A stretch of DNA of 64,000 bases from Mytilus edulis (Eukaryota), in assembly GCF_963676685.1 (NCBI RefSeq), contig NC_092344.1, forward strand, positions 99,138,001-99,202,000, given 5' to 3'. Below are positions 28,801-39,988 of the stretch, piece after piece (positions within the stretch are counted from its first letter, which is position 1; the number at the start of each line of letters is the position of its first letter). The notes under the pieces were generated by a model. That model was not told where the DNA came from. It did no database searches and worked only from the letters and a program-made list of their open reading frames with translations. The position numbers and the translations under genes were made by a program.

Positions 28801-30802
28801 GAACTCAATCTCAGTCAGATTCTTGTGAAAATTGTGAGAAACAGAGACACTCTTCAAGTGCTGATATGCATTCATGTTCACATAAACAATCTATACACAG
28901 TATACCTATACCGAATGGAGTGGCACTTCATCATGGCTCTCTACCTCAGCCACCAGGTTACGCTAGTTTAAGAGGTCAGTTTCAATTGTTTATTTTTTAT
29001 ATGATTTATATTAATTGTTATTTGATGGGATAATAATACATTATGAATTCTTAAGTTTTCAAGTAGTCCTTACACTTCCATCTTTCTACTAAAAATATGT
29101 TGATATATTAACAATGTAATTTTAAAATAGGATTTGGTCAAGAAAGAAGGAACAAGTCACTTACTATTGGCATCATATCTGAAATATGAGAGTTTTTAGA
29201 TAAGTTTGAAAATTGTCAGAACATAAAATGGATAATGAATTAACTAAATAATAACTCCTTATTAAAGTTCTTAAACCACTACTCCATTTCAATCAGCCAC
29301 AAAGAACATCATTAGCAGTCACAGTAGGTAGGACTTTAGTGTCAGGAACAAAACTGTATGGTATCTAAAAAAAAAATCAATATACATATTTTTGTTATAA
29401 CCTTGATGTCATTATACATTAACTTTTGAAGTCTTCATTTATGGAAAATATATTTCCATGTCCATATTTATAATTTAATTATGTTCAAATTTGGATAAAT
29501 AGTTTCAATTAGAAATGTTAATTTAAGGTGAACAGAGAATCATGATTTATTTTTTGTTTCAGATTCCTCATGTGTAATTTGCAATTGTGATAATGAGGTC
29601 AGTGGATGTACTAGTCAACTGTCCCAAACACCACCATACTCAGATCGTAAGTATACCTAAGGGTTACAAAGTATCTAAAACACTATCATACTTAATTTAT
29701 TTTTATATCTTATGAGCTAAAAACTCATAAGTTTGATGAAGGATAACCAATTGACTGAAAACACCACAAAACTTAAATTCTATAATTATGGATAACAATC
29801 TTTCCCATGCATCGCCATATTCATATAGTATAAACAACTAAAAGTTAATTGTTTGTTGTCTTATATACCACATGATTTAATTCATGAATACTATTTAAAT
29901 TGCTTGGGAATTTTTGAAACATACCATATAAAAAGTCATGTCATAAGTTCAAATTGAATTTCCTAGACTTTGGTCACCAAACCTTTTCAAATTATTTAAA
30001 TGTAAAAGTCAACTGTCCCTATCAACACCATATTAAATTGAGTTGAGAAGTTAAAACTTGTTAATCAAAGGTCACACTGCCTTTATGTAAGACATGTTGA
30101 TTTCTTTTATACTCAAATAACAGAATGGTCCCTTTTAAAAAAACAAATAATGCAAGATCATTTGGTTGTAGGTACAGCCAACATTTTTCTACAAAATAGT
30201 AATAATATAAAAAAGGTCATGATTCAGTCCACAGTTTATGTCTTAATCTATTCATCTATTCATATAAAAAAGAAGATGGAGTATGATTGCCAATGAGACA
30301 ACTCTCTACAAGAGACCAAATAATACAGAAATTAACAACTATAGGTCACGTACAGCCTTTTACAATGAACAAAGCTCATACCGCAGAGTCAGCTATATAA
30401 AGCCCAAAAAAGACAAATGTAAATCAATTGATATGAAAAAACTAACGGCCTAATTTATGTACAAAAAAATGAACGAAAAAAAATTTGTAACATATCAAAT
30501 CACAACATCATGTAAGTTTTTTTTTTAAAGAATTAGACCCATAGATATAATGTAATTCCTAATTATAATGTTGTTTTGTTATTACAGCTTGTAATCATCA
30601 TACCAAAGTACCTTCATCACCAAATGGACCACACACTAGCTGCCATAACTCATCTAATACTCCAGACACAGGTCCAGAGAAAAGCCCACCTGCCATTCCT
30701 CCTAAACAACATAAACATTCTCATTCTAATATACGCTCTTTACCCAATGGTGTCCATTTAATGGTCAATGGATCTGTCGTCAATGGTGCTGTAGACATTT
30801 AG
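4782..30802 (+). CDS. LRIG: Leucine-rich repeats and immunoglobulin-like domains protein (LRIG1/2/3, lambik family); 5' exons not found in window
   Basis: 16 exons joined in frame: 4782-4853, 5373-5444, 7117-7254, 10695-10838, 11915-12058, 13785-13856, 16361-16432, 22429-22572, 23360-23584, 24328-24491, 25128-25267, 25724-25901, 26919-27200, 27937-28974, 29563-29646, 30588-30802 (TAG). LRIG hallmarks: [74 protein letters not shown]. Confidence 0.95.
5373..5444 (+). CDS. LRIG: LRIG exon, 1 LRR ([24 protein letters not shown])
   Basis: cttcag|...|gtaagt, 72 nt. Confidence 0.9.
7117..7254 (+). CDS. LRIG: LRIG exon, 2 LRR (NHNRITFI...[15 protein letters not shown])
   Basis: tttcag|...|gtaagt, 138 nt. 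Confidence 0.9.
10695..10838 (+). CDS. LRIG: LRIG exon, 2 LRR ([19 protein letters not shown]...)
   Basis: tttcag|...|gtaagt, 144 nt. Confidence 0.92.
11915..12058 (+). CDS. LRIG: LRIG exon, 2 LRR ([18 protein letters not shown]...)
   Basis: ttccag|...|gtaagt, 144 nt. Confidence 0.92.
12134..12291. mobile_element. Short decayed MITE, PIF/Harbinger-like
   Basis: TAA|GGGCTGTTTCC ... GGAACAGCCA|TTA imperfect TIR with TAA/TTA flanks. Confidence 0.45.
13785..13856 (+). CDS. LRIG: LRIG exon, 1 LRR ([23 protein letters not shown])
   Basis: ttacag|...|gtaagt, 72 nt. Confidence 0.92.
16361..16432 (+). CDS. LRIG: LRIG exon, 1 LRR ([24 protein letters not shown])
   Basis: tttcag|...|gtaagt, 72 nt. 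Confidence 0.92.
18483..18561 (+). repeat. Tandem duplication, ~39 bp x2
   Basis: AACGAGAACTGA(A)GTTTTAGCATTGTGAAGATGTTTGTA twice. Confidence 0.85.
19820..20043. mobile_element. MITE with short TIRs and 6-bp TSD
   Basis: GGGGGTCTCATTGGGG ... CCCCACTGAGACCCAC; TTTCAA at 19814-19819 and 20044-20049. Confidence 0.8.
20826..21205 (+). repeat. Diverged tandem repeat, ~113 bp x ~3.3
   Basis: ATAAAATTCCC...CTTTG(A/G)CAAGACTTTT..AAGTG.TAATGA.AGGCTAA recurs near 20890, 21000 and 21115. Confidence 0.85.
22429..22572 (+). CDS. LRIG: LRIG exon, 2 LRR ([18 protein letters not shown]...)
   Basis: ttacag|...|gtacgt, 144 nt. Confidence 0.92.
23360..23584 (+). CDS. LRIG: LRIG exon, 3 LRR ([16 protein letters not shown]...)
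   Basis: ttacag|...|gtaagt; matches ORF 23337-23588. Confidence 0.95.
24328..24491 (+). CDS. LRIG: LRIG exon, LRRCT cap ([10 protein letters not shown]...C.HP...FKC)
   Basis: ttgtag|...|gtaagg; matches ORF 24311-24529. Confidence 0.95.
24483..24578 (+). repeat. Tandem duplication (51-bp period) of the exon 3' end and splice donor
   Basis: TCAAGTGTG|GTAAGGGTTATACT...ATAGTATATGCACATTAAGATG at 24483 and 24534. Confidence 0.9.
24792..24938 (+). repeat. Diverged ~40-bp tandem repeat x ~3.5
   Basis: ACACTGATATAGTGTGATTGTTGAT-like units. Confidence 0.75.
25128..25267 (+). CDS. LRIG: LRIG exon, Ig1 N-half
   Basis: KPVI...[12 protein letters not shown]...FNWKKDN; ttacag|...|gtaagt. Confidence 0.93.
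25724..25901 (+). CDS. LRIG: LRIG exon, Ig1 C-half
   Basis: [21 protein letters not shown]; tttcag|...|gttagt. Confidence 0.93.
26525..26676. mobile_element. Palindromic foldback element (~150-nt hairpin)
   Basis: ATGTCATGCTCTATGCTCATTTTAACATGGGTAGGCATTATATTTG followed by its exact reverse complement. Confidence 0.85.
26919..27200 (+). CDS. LRIG: LRIG exon, Ig2
   Basis: [32 protein letters not shown]...[11 protein letters not shown]; gtctag|...|gtaagt. Confidence 0.95.
27546..27850 (+). mobile_element. Abundant interspersed repeat family A (SINE-like), decayed copy
   Basis: GAGATGTGGTATGAT..CCAATGAGACAACTCTC...TATAGGTCAC...GGCCTTCAACAATGAG; homologous to 30266-30505 and 38797-39133(-); class not determined. 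Confidence 0.7.
27937..28974 (+). CDS. LRIG: LRIG exon, Ig3 + transmembrane helix + cytoplasmic tail
   Basis: ORF 27951-29033; ttttag|...|gtcagt. Confidence 0.95.
29563..29646 (+). CDS. LRIG: LRIG cytoplasmic exon ([27 protein letters not shown])
   Basis: tttcag|...|gtaagt, 84 nt, phase 1-1, open in frame. Confidence 0.75.
30266..30505 (+). mobile_element. Interspersed repeat family A copy
   Basis: TAAAAAAGAAGATGGAGTATGATTGCCAATGAGACAACTCTC...CTCATACCGCAGAGTCAGCTATA. Confidence 0.75.
30588..30802 (+). CDS. LRIG: LRIG terminal coding exon (...PPAIPPK...NGAVDI*)
   Basis: ttacag acceptor, phase 1, open to TAG at 30800-30802. Confidence 0.8.
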
Positions 30803-33800
30803 TATTTATTTTTCAAATTGTGATTTGCATAATATTTAAATATGAATTTGTTAGATTTTTTTAAACAGAAAAAGGACATGTATTGTTATATAGTTCAAAA
30901 TCTGTACTGTTTTTTTTTTATGAAAACTGATCACTCTAGATCATTCCAAATCTGAAAACAGTAAAATTTCTTGGTTTTTTTTCAAGTAAGGGCATTATCA
31001 TTTAATTTCTTAAAGTGCCATTATGTAAAATTTGTTATGCAAATTATGTGTTATTTCTAGTTTAAAATATGAACGTATTACAAATCTTTGCTTGTGAAAA
31101 TGAAGTTAGTTTTAAAAATGTCAGTTTCTCCAAAAATTTCTTTTGAATTTGATAAAATTACATGCTATTATACTTTTGTCTAATTTTAGACCAATTTAAA
31201 TTCATAAGACTGTATTGTGTCCAATATTCAATGTAAGCAATGTAATGAAAAATGAATATAAGCTCCTTAGGTGTCTACTTTCAAATTAAAAATCTGCTTC
31301 ATTGGCCTTAAGATCTTTTTTAATTAGATTATTTTACTGAAAAAGACTTTTAGTTTGAGTTACTGATATTTTGAATGGTAAACTTTATAATGAATCTTAA
31401 ATGGCATTTTTTTTATAATTTTGTTATACATCATGTTTTTATAGATAACTCATTTGTGAATCATGTTAAAATGCATTGTACTTTGTTGTATATAAATGAC
31501 GAGATATACCTCAGAGAGAGCCCAGAAACTAACTAGTGGATTTTCTACAAGATTCAAACAAAACAAATACATTTTTGTCAAACAGTATAACAATCCTTTG
31601 GATTACAATAGTCTACTTTATAGATTACAGGGGTTACAAATAATTGATTATTTTACACTTTTTGCTTTCTTACTGTAAAGTTGTACTGTGCAGTCTCAGT
31701 GTCCATGTAAATGGTAACTGGACTAATCAGTTATCTCAAACACAATTGTGTTCCTAAAATACATCCCCCTTTCTATTTTTATTTACTGCAGGGAAGTCCT
31801 AGTTCATTTTCAATGGCTTTAATTTGTTGATTTTATTTTAGATTATTAGTATAGCTGTGTGTATGTCATTGAATCAGCTTTATAAAATTATGATTTACAA
31901 AAATATTTTTCTTATCGAGATTGAAATTTTAAAAACAATAAACTTTTTATTCCATAGATGTGGTAAGAAGTCAGACCAGTTTAATATATTGCTACTTCTA
32001 TCCAAAAAAATAATGCATTGATTTGAGAATATCTTACACAATTAATTTGATTTAAGTAGAGTTTTTATATAACTTCTATTACACAAACATTCTGTTTTAG
32101 CCAGAATTGCATTTTGTGAAAGGAATTTTTGTTAAACAGTTGAAAAAACATTTAACTAAAAAGGATCTTTGGGAACAACAAAAGTATACACAATTTAACA
32201 CTGTACCAACTCTTCTACAAAAAGGTAAAACAATGCATTCATTCTTGTTTTAAAATATTTATTTATTATGTTCAAAGTAAAAGTAAAATCTATTGAAAGG
32301 CAAATAATAAATGTCTAAAGTAGGGTTTTGTTAAGCGGATCTAAGAAATTGTGGCCATTCTAGACACAAATTTTTGATACTGTAAAAATAAACATGAATA
32401 TTTATGAAGCTGATTTAATTGTGACATGATTGTGATAGAAATATTTGTTATGTACAAATGTACCAAAGTTGTAAGATTAATCCAATATTGGGTGCTTAGC
32501 ATTTCCAGAGACTTGGAAGTTTACTCTACTTGTTTGACGAGAAAATACTTTTTTTCTGACCAAGAAATCCATAAAGTTGCTGTACACAAATTAAAAGAAT
32601 ATAATAAATTATTTTTGTGAAACATTTACTTGTAAAGGCAAATGGTAAAATATTCAGATGACCATATTTACACATTGTAGTCATTATCTAGTATAAGCAC
32701 TATCATTATCTAGTATAAGACAAGATTTCACAAGTAAAAAAAAATGAATAACAATCTGCATGTTTTTGCTTTAGTATTATATCTTTGTCTTTCACTGCTT
32801 TTCAGTATAAGAAGGTTTTTTTGCATCACATCTTTTAAAGTTTGTGGTCTAAATTAAATTTTTAAACTTTCACTTGATCCAAAATGAATACTCTGTATTT
32901 TAATATAACAACTTCTGATATTATGTGTCAATATAAACATACTATTAACTTATTCAACAGCATGTTTCATTTAATATGAATAGGAGACATTTTCTATTAG
33001 TGATAAACACATAAAATTTGAATCTTGGATTAAACATCTGCACATATAATACAAACCGCGACGAAGTGTCAATTTTCCTGGTTTGACATAACAGCTGTGT
33101 GTATATATGGAACAAGAAGATAGTATTACCTCCACAATAGCCTTGATAGAGCAACACCTTTATATACATGTCTGAACACTGTTTTAATGTGCAAACTTTT
33201 TCTAATGTTTCTCTCTGACATGCAATTTGTGAGAATAAAATTACAAATTGATATAGTATAGTCCTTCAAGTTTAGGTGAAATAAGGTTAGATTTCTTCCA
33301 AATGAAAATTTCATATAAAGTTTGTACATGAAATTGATATGTTAATATAAAATATACCACAAACGTTTTCTACATTGATGAATTTTTGCACTATCAGTTT
33401 CCTTTATTAATTGATTTAATGTCTCATAATTGGATCAGATTTCGTTATTCAACACTCTCTCTTCATAAAATTAATTACTTTATGCCTCAGATGCTAGAAC
33501 ATCTGCATGTGAGGGAAAATATTATTAATATGCATATCACATATCTGATATAAACACCCAGAATACCTTTACAAGTATATGTTTTACAACATGTTGTTAC
33601 AAATGTTTGCCAAAATAAAACTCAATAAGAAATCCATTCATCGTTGACAGAACTTCTTTTTTTGTATGTTGACTTATGTTTTAGTAAAATCAATTCTTGT
33701 GTTAAAAGTAAATTACATTGATTTTTAAATAAAAGAACCTTAGTTTTGTACATTTTATTGTGCCATTAGTTTGTGCCTTTGATATAATGTGATAACATAC

Positions 33801-34100
33801 ATTTCAGTACTGTAATCAGAATGTCATGTAATGGGTTCTTTAAAAACAGTATCTACGATTTATTTTGTTATATTGATTGATATATGCAAATAAAATGTTC
33901 AAAGTCATTTTATGTATACATTGTCAAATTGAAATGCCATCTCATTTGTATGCAAACTGCTGCATGTTTGTTATGTATTACCAATGGCCAAAATAATGTT
34001 CAATTCTTGTATTCTTTGAAAATAAAAATCATTTTTAATAAAAATATATTAATAATTATTGGTTTTCCATATATGCATTAATCAAATTAAATAAATAAAA
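30803..34100 (+). other. Probable long AU-rich 3' UTR of LRIG
   Basis: T-rich, no recognisable interspersed repeats, cluster of AATAAA at ~33615, 33889, 34021, 34037 and 34090; true end unknown. Confidence 0.4.
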
Positions 34101-34483
34101 TATTTACTTTGACCAATCAAAGATCTGTAACGGACCAATGACAATTAACAATTGTTATTTGAGGCATATAAACTCATACCTTACAATTACATAATGTGGG
34201 AAGATGTCGAAGGGAAACTCTTATAAAAAAGATGTTTGGTAAGCGAGTGAAAACTTTTGCTAAGAATCCAAATTAGGTCCACCAGTAATAACTGAACCAG
34301 TAGAAAGAGATAATGGCGCTGGAACATAAAATCAACAAACAATACAAACAGAACTAATGAAACACAAATAAACCCCCCACTACAGCAATGGATGTTGTGT
34401 GGCTGCTTCAACATAGCCTATTCATACAAAGCTGTATGTTTCAGAAAGTAGATTCCCTGGATACTTTCAAAAAACAAATAGAT

Positions 34484-36452
34484 TTTTTATACGACCGCAA
34501 AATTTGAAAATTTTTTCGTCGTATATTGCTATCACGTTGGCGTCGTCGTCGTCCGAATACTTTTAGTTTTCGCACTCTAACTTTAGTAAAAGTGAATGGA
34601 AATCTATGAAATTTTAACACAAGGTTTATGACCACAAAAGGAAGGTTGGTATTGATTTTGGGAGTTTTGGTCCCAACATTTTAGGAATTAGGGGCCAAAA
34701 AGGGCCTAAATAAGCATTTTCTTGGTTTTCGCACTATAACTTTAGTTTAAGTTAATAGAAATCTATGAAATTTTGACACAAGGTTTATGACCACAAAAGA
34801 ACGGTTGGGATTGATTTTGGGAGTTTTGGTTTCAACAGTTTAGGAATTAGGGGCCAAAAAAGGGCCCAAATAAGCATTATTCTTGGTTTTCGCACAATAA
34901 CTTTAGTTTTAGTAAATAGAAATCAATGAAATTTAAACACAATGTTAATGACTACAAAAGGAAGGTTGGTATTGATTTTGGGAGTTTAGGTCCCAACAGT
35001 TTAGGAATTACGGGCCAAAAAGGGACCCAAATAAGCATTTTTCTTGGTTTTCGCACCATAACGTTAGTATAAGTAAATAGAAATCTATGAAATTTAAACA
35101 CAAGGTTTATGACCATAAAAGGAAGGTTGGTATTGATTTTGGGAGTTTTGGTCCCAACAGAATAAGGGGCCCAAAGGGTCCAAAATTAAACTTTGTTTGA
35201 TTTCATCAAAATTGCATAATTGGGGTTCTTTGATATGCCGAATCTAACTGTCATGACTGTGTATGTAGATTCTTAACTTTTGGTCCCGTTTTCAAATTGG
35301 TCTACATTAAGGTCCAAAGGGTCCAAAATTAAACTTAGTTTGATTTTGACAAAAAATGAATCAGTTAGGTTCTTTGATATGCTGAATCTAAAAATGTACT
35401 TAGATTCTTGATTATTGGCCCAGTTTTCAAGTTGGTCCAAATCGGGGTCCAAAATTAAACTTGTTTGATTTCATCAAAAATTGAATAAATGGGGTTCTTT
35501 GATATACCAAATCTAACTGTGTATGTAGATTCTTCATTTTTGGTCCTGTTTTCAAATTGGTCTACACTAAAGTCCAAAGGGTCCAAAATTAAACTTAGTC
35601 TGATTTTAACAAAAATTGAAATCTTGGGGTTCTTTGATATGCTGAATCCAAAAATGTACTTAGATTTTTTATTATGGGCCCAGTTTTCAAGTTGGTCCAA
35701 ATCAGGATCTAAAATTATTATATTAAGTATTGTACAATAGCAAGTCTTTTCAATTGCACAGTATTGTGCAATGGCAAGAAATATCTAATTGCACAATATT
35801 GTGAAATAGCAATTTTTTTTTAATTAGAGTTATCTTTCTTTGTCCAGAATAGTAAGCAAGAAATATCTAATTGCAAAATATTGTGCAATAGCAAGATTTA
35901 ATTTTAATTGGAGTTATCTTTCTTTGTCCAGAATCAACTTAAATCTTTGTTATATACAATATACAATGTATATTCACTTTTTACTACCAACTGATAAATT
36001 AAAATAATCTTTACCATTCAGTGATAACAAGCAGTTTTTTTACATCTTAATATTTTATGATGTATTTAAATGAGTAGTTATTGTTGCAAACTCCATTCGA
36101 AATTTTAATTGAGATTAGTTTTGGAATAAGGGAAAGGGGGATGTGATTAAAAAAATTGGGTTCAATTTTTCTCATTTGAAATTTCATAAATAAAAAAGAA
36201 AATTTCTTCAAACATTTTTTTGAAAGGATTAATATTCAACAGCATAGTGAATTGCTCTAAGAGCAAACAAAAATTTTAAGTTCATTAGAACACATTCATT
36301 CTGTGTCAGAAACCTATGCTGTGTCAACTATTTAATCACAATCCAAATTTAGAGCTGAATCCAGCTTGAATGTTGTGTCCATACTTGCCCCAACCGTTCA
36401 GGGTTCAACCTCTGCGGTCGTATAAAGCTACGCCCTGTGGAGCATCTGGTTT
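34484..36452 (+). mobile_element. Helentron-associated non-autonomous element (HINE/pearl/DINE-like) with internal tandem arrays
   Basis: subTIR TTTATACGACCGCA ... TGCGGTCGTATAAA, (GTC)n microsatellite near the 5' end, 3' stem-loop, T-run flanks; ~160-bp unit x4 (34567-35170) and ~240-bp unit x2 (35175-35710). Confidence 0.85.
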
Positions 36453-36489
36453 TAATGTAAAATACTCATTTATTATGAGTAATAGAATA

Positions 36490-37110
36490 ACAATATTTGG
36501 TTTATGGGATCCTGGCAAGGTCAACATGTCTGTCAGACAGTGATTATCAAGGTTCGAGTTTTGTGGTCAAGTCCGATTCTATAAGCAATATGTCAACTGT
36601 ATTTGATGTGTGGAAAGATTTTGTAAGGTGAATTGTTGGAATGGCAGGTTTTATCTGACGTTGATCTCATTTTCATGGTTCATAGGTCAATGTTTAAGAT
36701 TTTGTTGTTTGGTTCGTTTTTCAAAAACTTTTTAAAACAATATTTAAGCTGTATTTGGGTTACGAATGATTGGAAGGTGTGCATGATATATTTGTAAAGT
36801 GTATGCCTGTTTGACTGGTTGCCTTGAATATCTTATTTTCATCGGAAAATGTGTGAAGTTTTTGTGGTTCATCTATTTCTAAGATACTCTAAACTATATG
36901 GACACCTTAAGTGATATATTGAATGATTTTAAGGTGTACATGTCTGTCTACATATTTCATCGGACCCTGACCTCTTCATGGTTCATTGGTCAATGTTCAG
37001 TACACATGATTCCTTCGCTTTCCAGATACAATTAGCTATTTGTAAGCTTTATTTGGTATATTGAATTTTGATTGGACGTAAGTTCAATCCAGTAAAGCAG
37101 GCAGGATATT
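36490..37110 (+). mobile_element. Decayed HINE-like fragment
   Basis: Degenerate repeats of ...TTCATGGTTCA.(A/T)GGTCAATGTT and AAGGTGT(A/G)CATG. Confidence 0.4.
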
Positions 37111-37300
37111 TCAGAGTGTGTACTCTTCTTTTCTGTATACGTTGACATCGACAATATCCATTTTAATACCGAAATTTAAACAAACATTACGATTTATTCC
37201 TCTATTTATCTCCGCTAGATAAGTGAAATTCAGAATGTCCTCAATAAAATTATGATATATGTAAAAACATATGATATGTTGTACAATTTTAAACGACACA

Positions 37301-38152
37301 TTTTTGTCGAGCCTTCGACTTTAGTCGAAAAAGTGAGACTAAGCGATCCTACGTTCCGTCGTCGTCGTCGGCGGCGTCCACAAATATTCACTCTGTGGTT
37401 TAAGTTTTTGAAATTTAAATAACTTTCTTAAACTATACTGGATTTCTACCAAGCTTGGAAAGAAGCTTGTTTATGATCATAAGATAGTATCCAGAAGTAA
37501 ATTTTGTAAAAATAAAATTCCGTTTTTTCCGTATTTTACTTATAAATGGACTTAGTTTTTCTGCGGGGAAACATTACATTCACTCTGCGGTTAAAGTTTT
37601 TAAAATTTTAATAACTTTCTTAAACTATCCTGGGTTTGTACCAAACTTAGACAGAAGCTTGTTTACGATCTTGATAGTATCCATAAGTAAATTTTGTAAA
37701 AAAATAAATCCATTTTTTCCGTATTTTACTTTTAAATGGACTTAGTTTTTCTGCGGGGAAACATTATATTCACTCTGTGGTTAAAGTTTTTAAAATCTTA
37801 ATAACTTTCTTAAGCTATCCTTGGTTTGTACCAAACTTGGACAGAAGCTTGTTTATGATCATAAGATATTATCCAGAAGTAAATTTTGTAAAAAAATAAA
37901 TCCATTTTTTCCGTATTTTACTTATAAATGGACTTAGATTTTCTTCCAGTTAACATTACATACAGTCTACAGTTAAAGTTTTTAAAACATTAATTAGATT
38001 CAAAAACTATCCTGGATTTTTACCAAACTTGGACAGAAGCTTCTTACAATCAAGAGGAATATTTTTATTGATTTTTTCCTCACTTTTGTTGAGCCTGCGA
38101 TTTACAGCAAAAGTAGGCGAGACACCGGGTTCCGTGGAACCCTTACAAATTT
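37301..38152 (+). mobile_element. Second HINE-like element with ~191-bp internal tandem repeat x ~3.5
   Basis: TTTTTGTCGAGCCTTCGAC start, (GTC)n tract, units ATTCACTCTG(T/C)GGTT at 37386, 37578, 37768; 3' hairpin GGGTTCCGTGGAACCC then T-run. Confidence 0.85.
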
Positions 38153-38796
38153 TTATTAAAAGTTTTCCTTAACTGATTTTTTTCTATCAATGAGTTTAAT
38201 CTAAGTTCATATGATACAGTTGTCGATATCGATGACATCCAGTGTGAATTGACAAAAAAATGTTCCAAATGTCCTCCTAACACAGTTGTCATAGTTGTCT
38301 TTATAGACAATTAAGTTTCTTCTGGTGCACATAATTTCATTTTAAAATGTCGATTTCGAGGATATCTAATTCAATCTTCATTATGTGTTTTTCTATTTAT
38401 TTAATTTAGTGTATGCACCTTAATTCGAGTCGACTGTGAAGCTTAGCAATGTTCAAATAAGCCGGGAGATATTGTACGATTTCAATTGAGACATCTAACC
38501 TCCAGTAACAAAAAAGGACAAGGATGTAAAAACAATTCAATGTCATCGGACAGTCTTCAACAATGAGCAAAACCAACCGACATGATAAATTATCAAATGG
38601 GAACACACACATACTGATTGTTTGTTTATAAACATGATAAACGAAAACAAATATGACAGATATCAACCGCTGACAACCACTGATCAGCTCCAAAGTTGAG
38701 CCAGTCACACTCAGGATGTGGCTGTTATAAAAAATTTTATGAGTGCTAAACCATTTACTTACATATTCAAAACATGAAAAACTGAGTTGGAAAAGG

Positions 38797-39133
38797 CTGT
38801 TTTACATTGTCATTTCGGGGCCTTTTATAGCTGACTATGCGGTATGGGCTTTGTTCATTGTTCAGTGGCGGATCCAGAACTTTTCCTAAGGGGGGGGGGG
38901 GGGGGCGCTGACTGACCTAAAAGGGGGGGGGGGCGCTCCAGTCATGCTTTAATGATTCCCTATATAATCAACCAAATTTTTCCCACGAAAGGGGGGTCCC
39001 GGGCCCCCCAGAACCCCCTGGATCCGCCTATGTTGTTGAAACCGTACGGTGACCTATAGCTGTTCATTTCTGTGTCATTTTGGTCTCTTATGGAGAGTTG
39101 TCTCATTGTCAATCATAACACATCTTTTTTTAT
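38797..39133 (-). mobile_element. Interspersed repeat family A copy, interrupted by a MITE
   Basis: Reverse complement of the 30266-30505 sequence. Confidence 0.75.
38863..39032. mobile_element. G-rich MITE with 5-bp TSD
   Basis: CAGTGGCGGATCCAG ... CTGGATCCGCCTATG; TTGTT at 38858-38862 and 39033-39037. Confidence 0.85.
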
Positions 39134-39427
39134 ATTGACTCATTAGATCGATACGAAGCACAACATGATTGCCTTGTATAACTATGATGAACAACAAATT
39201 AATTCCAATAAATAAATTTTTATATCTAAAAATGTCATTGTCTTAAGTAATCATCGACATCGATTCGACATCGTGTTGATATTGTCAATATTGACGATAT
39301 CGACATCATATTTTGTCATGGTTGTTGTCAGCAAAATCGACATGGTTTCATGAGTGAATACGTAACTTAATATTGATTCCATATGGTAAAGATAAAAATA
39401 TATATTAATATACTATTGATCAAAATA

Positions 39428-39562
39428 AATTGAAATTTTACCTGAAAGTTTTTGCTGTGACGACGCATTTGGAATTCATGGTAAAACAAAAGAAAAAACT
39501 TCTAACACCAACAAATGGAGCTCTTCAATGTTGGGCAAGTTTTTCGCAAATATACCGTAGAT
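39428..39562 (+). repeat. ~130-bp direct repeat, copy 1
   Basis: TTGAAATTTTACCTGAAAGTTTTTGCTGTGACGACGCATTT...GCAAATATACCGTAGA also at 41606-41732. Confidence 0.85.
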
Positions 39563-39872
39563 TATTATAAGTTATCAAGAAATAATCTCCTCGCTTGTTT
39601 TCTTTAATAAACAGACATAACCTTATAAATCGTTAAATTAAAAAAAAGACATAGTTTTTATCTTTAAGTTGTTTTCTTTTGTTTCCGCTTTACCAGTTCT
39701 CACTACGCACGTAAAGAAGCCTATTTCTTTTTTTCGTCTGGATTCATAGCTTTCCATATTCAAAGTCCTTCATTTTCTGAAAAAAAAATAGTAAAGGTTG
39801 GATTTCCAGATAGAAGTGATTCGAGTACTTTTAATAAAAGCTTGATGCAATATTACAGACACACAGAATAAG

Positions 39873-39946
39873 GTAGCCTGGCTTCAATCCCGGACCGATT
39901 TAGCTGCGCGTCGTTACTGGCAGGTTGACCCAGGAACCCAGGCTAC
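39873..39946. mobile_element. Possible tiny MITE
   Basis: GTAGCCTGG ... CCAGGCTAC 9-bp inverted termini, GC-rich; TSD not clean. Confidence 0.35.
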
Positions 39947-39988
39947 GAAAGGGCGAACAGTTTACTATATCCCTATCACTATGAGAAA

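Noticed and set aside
35455-35740. ORFs inside the first HINE element
   Set aside because: Translations of internal tandem repeats; no Rep/helicase motifs.
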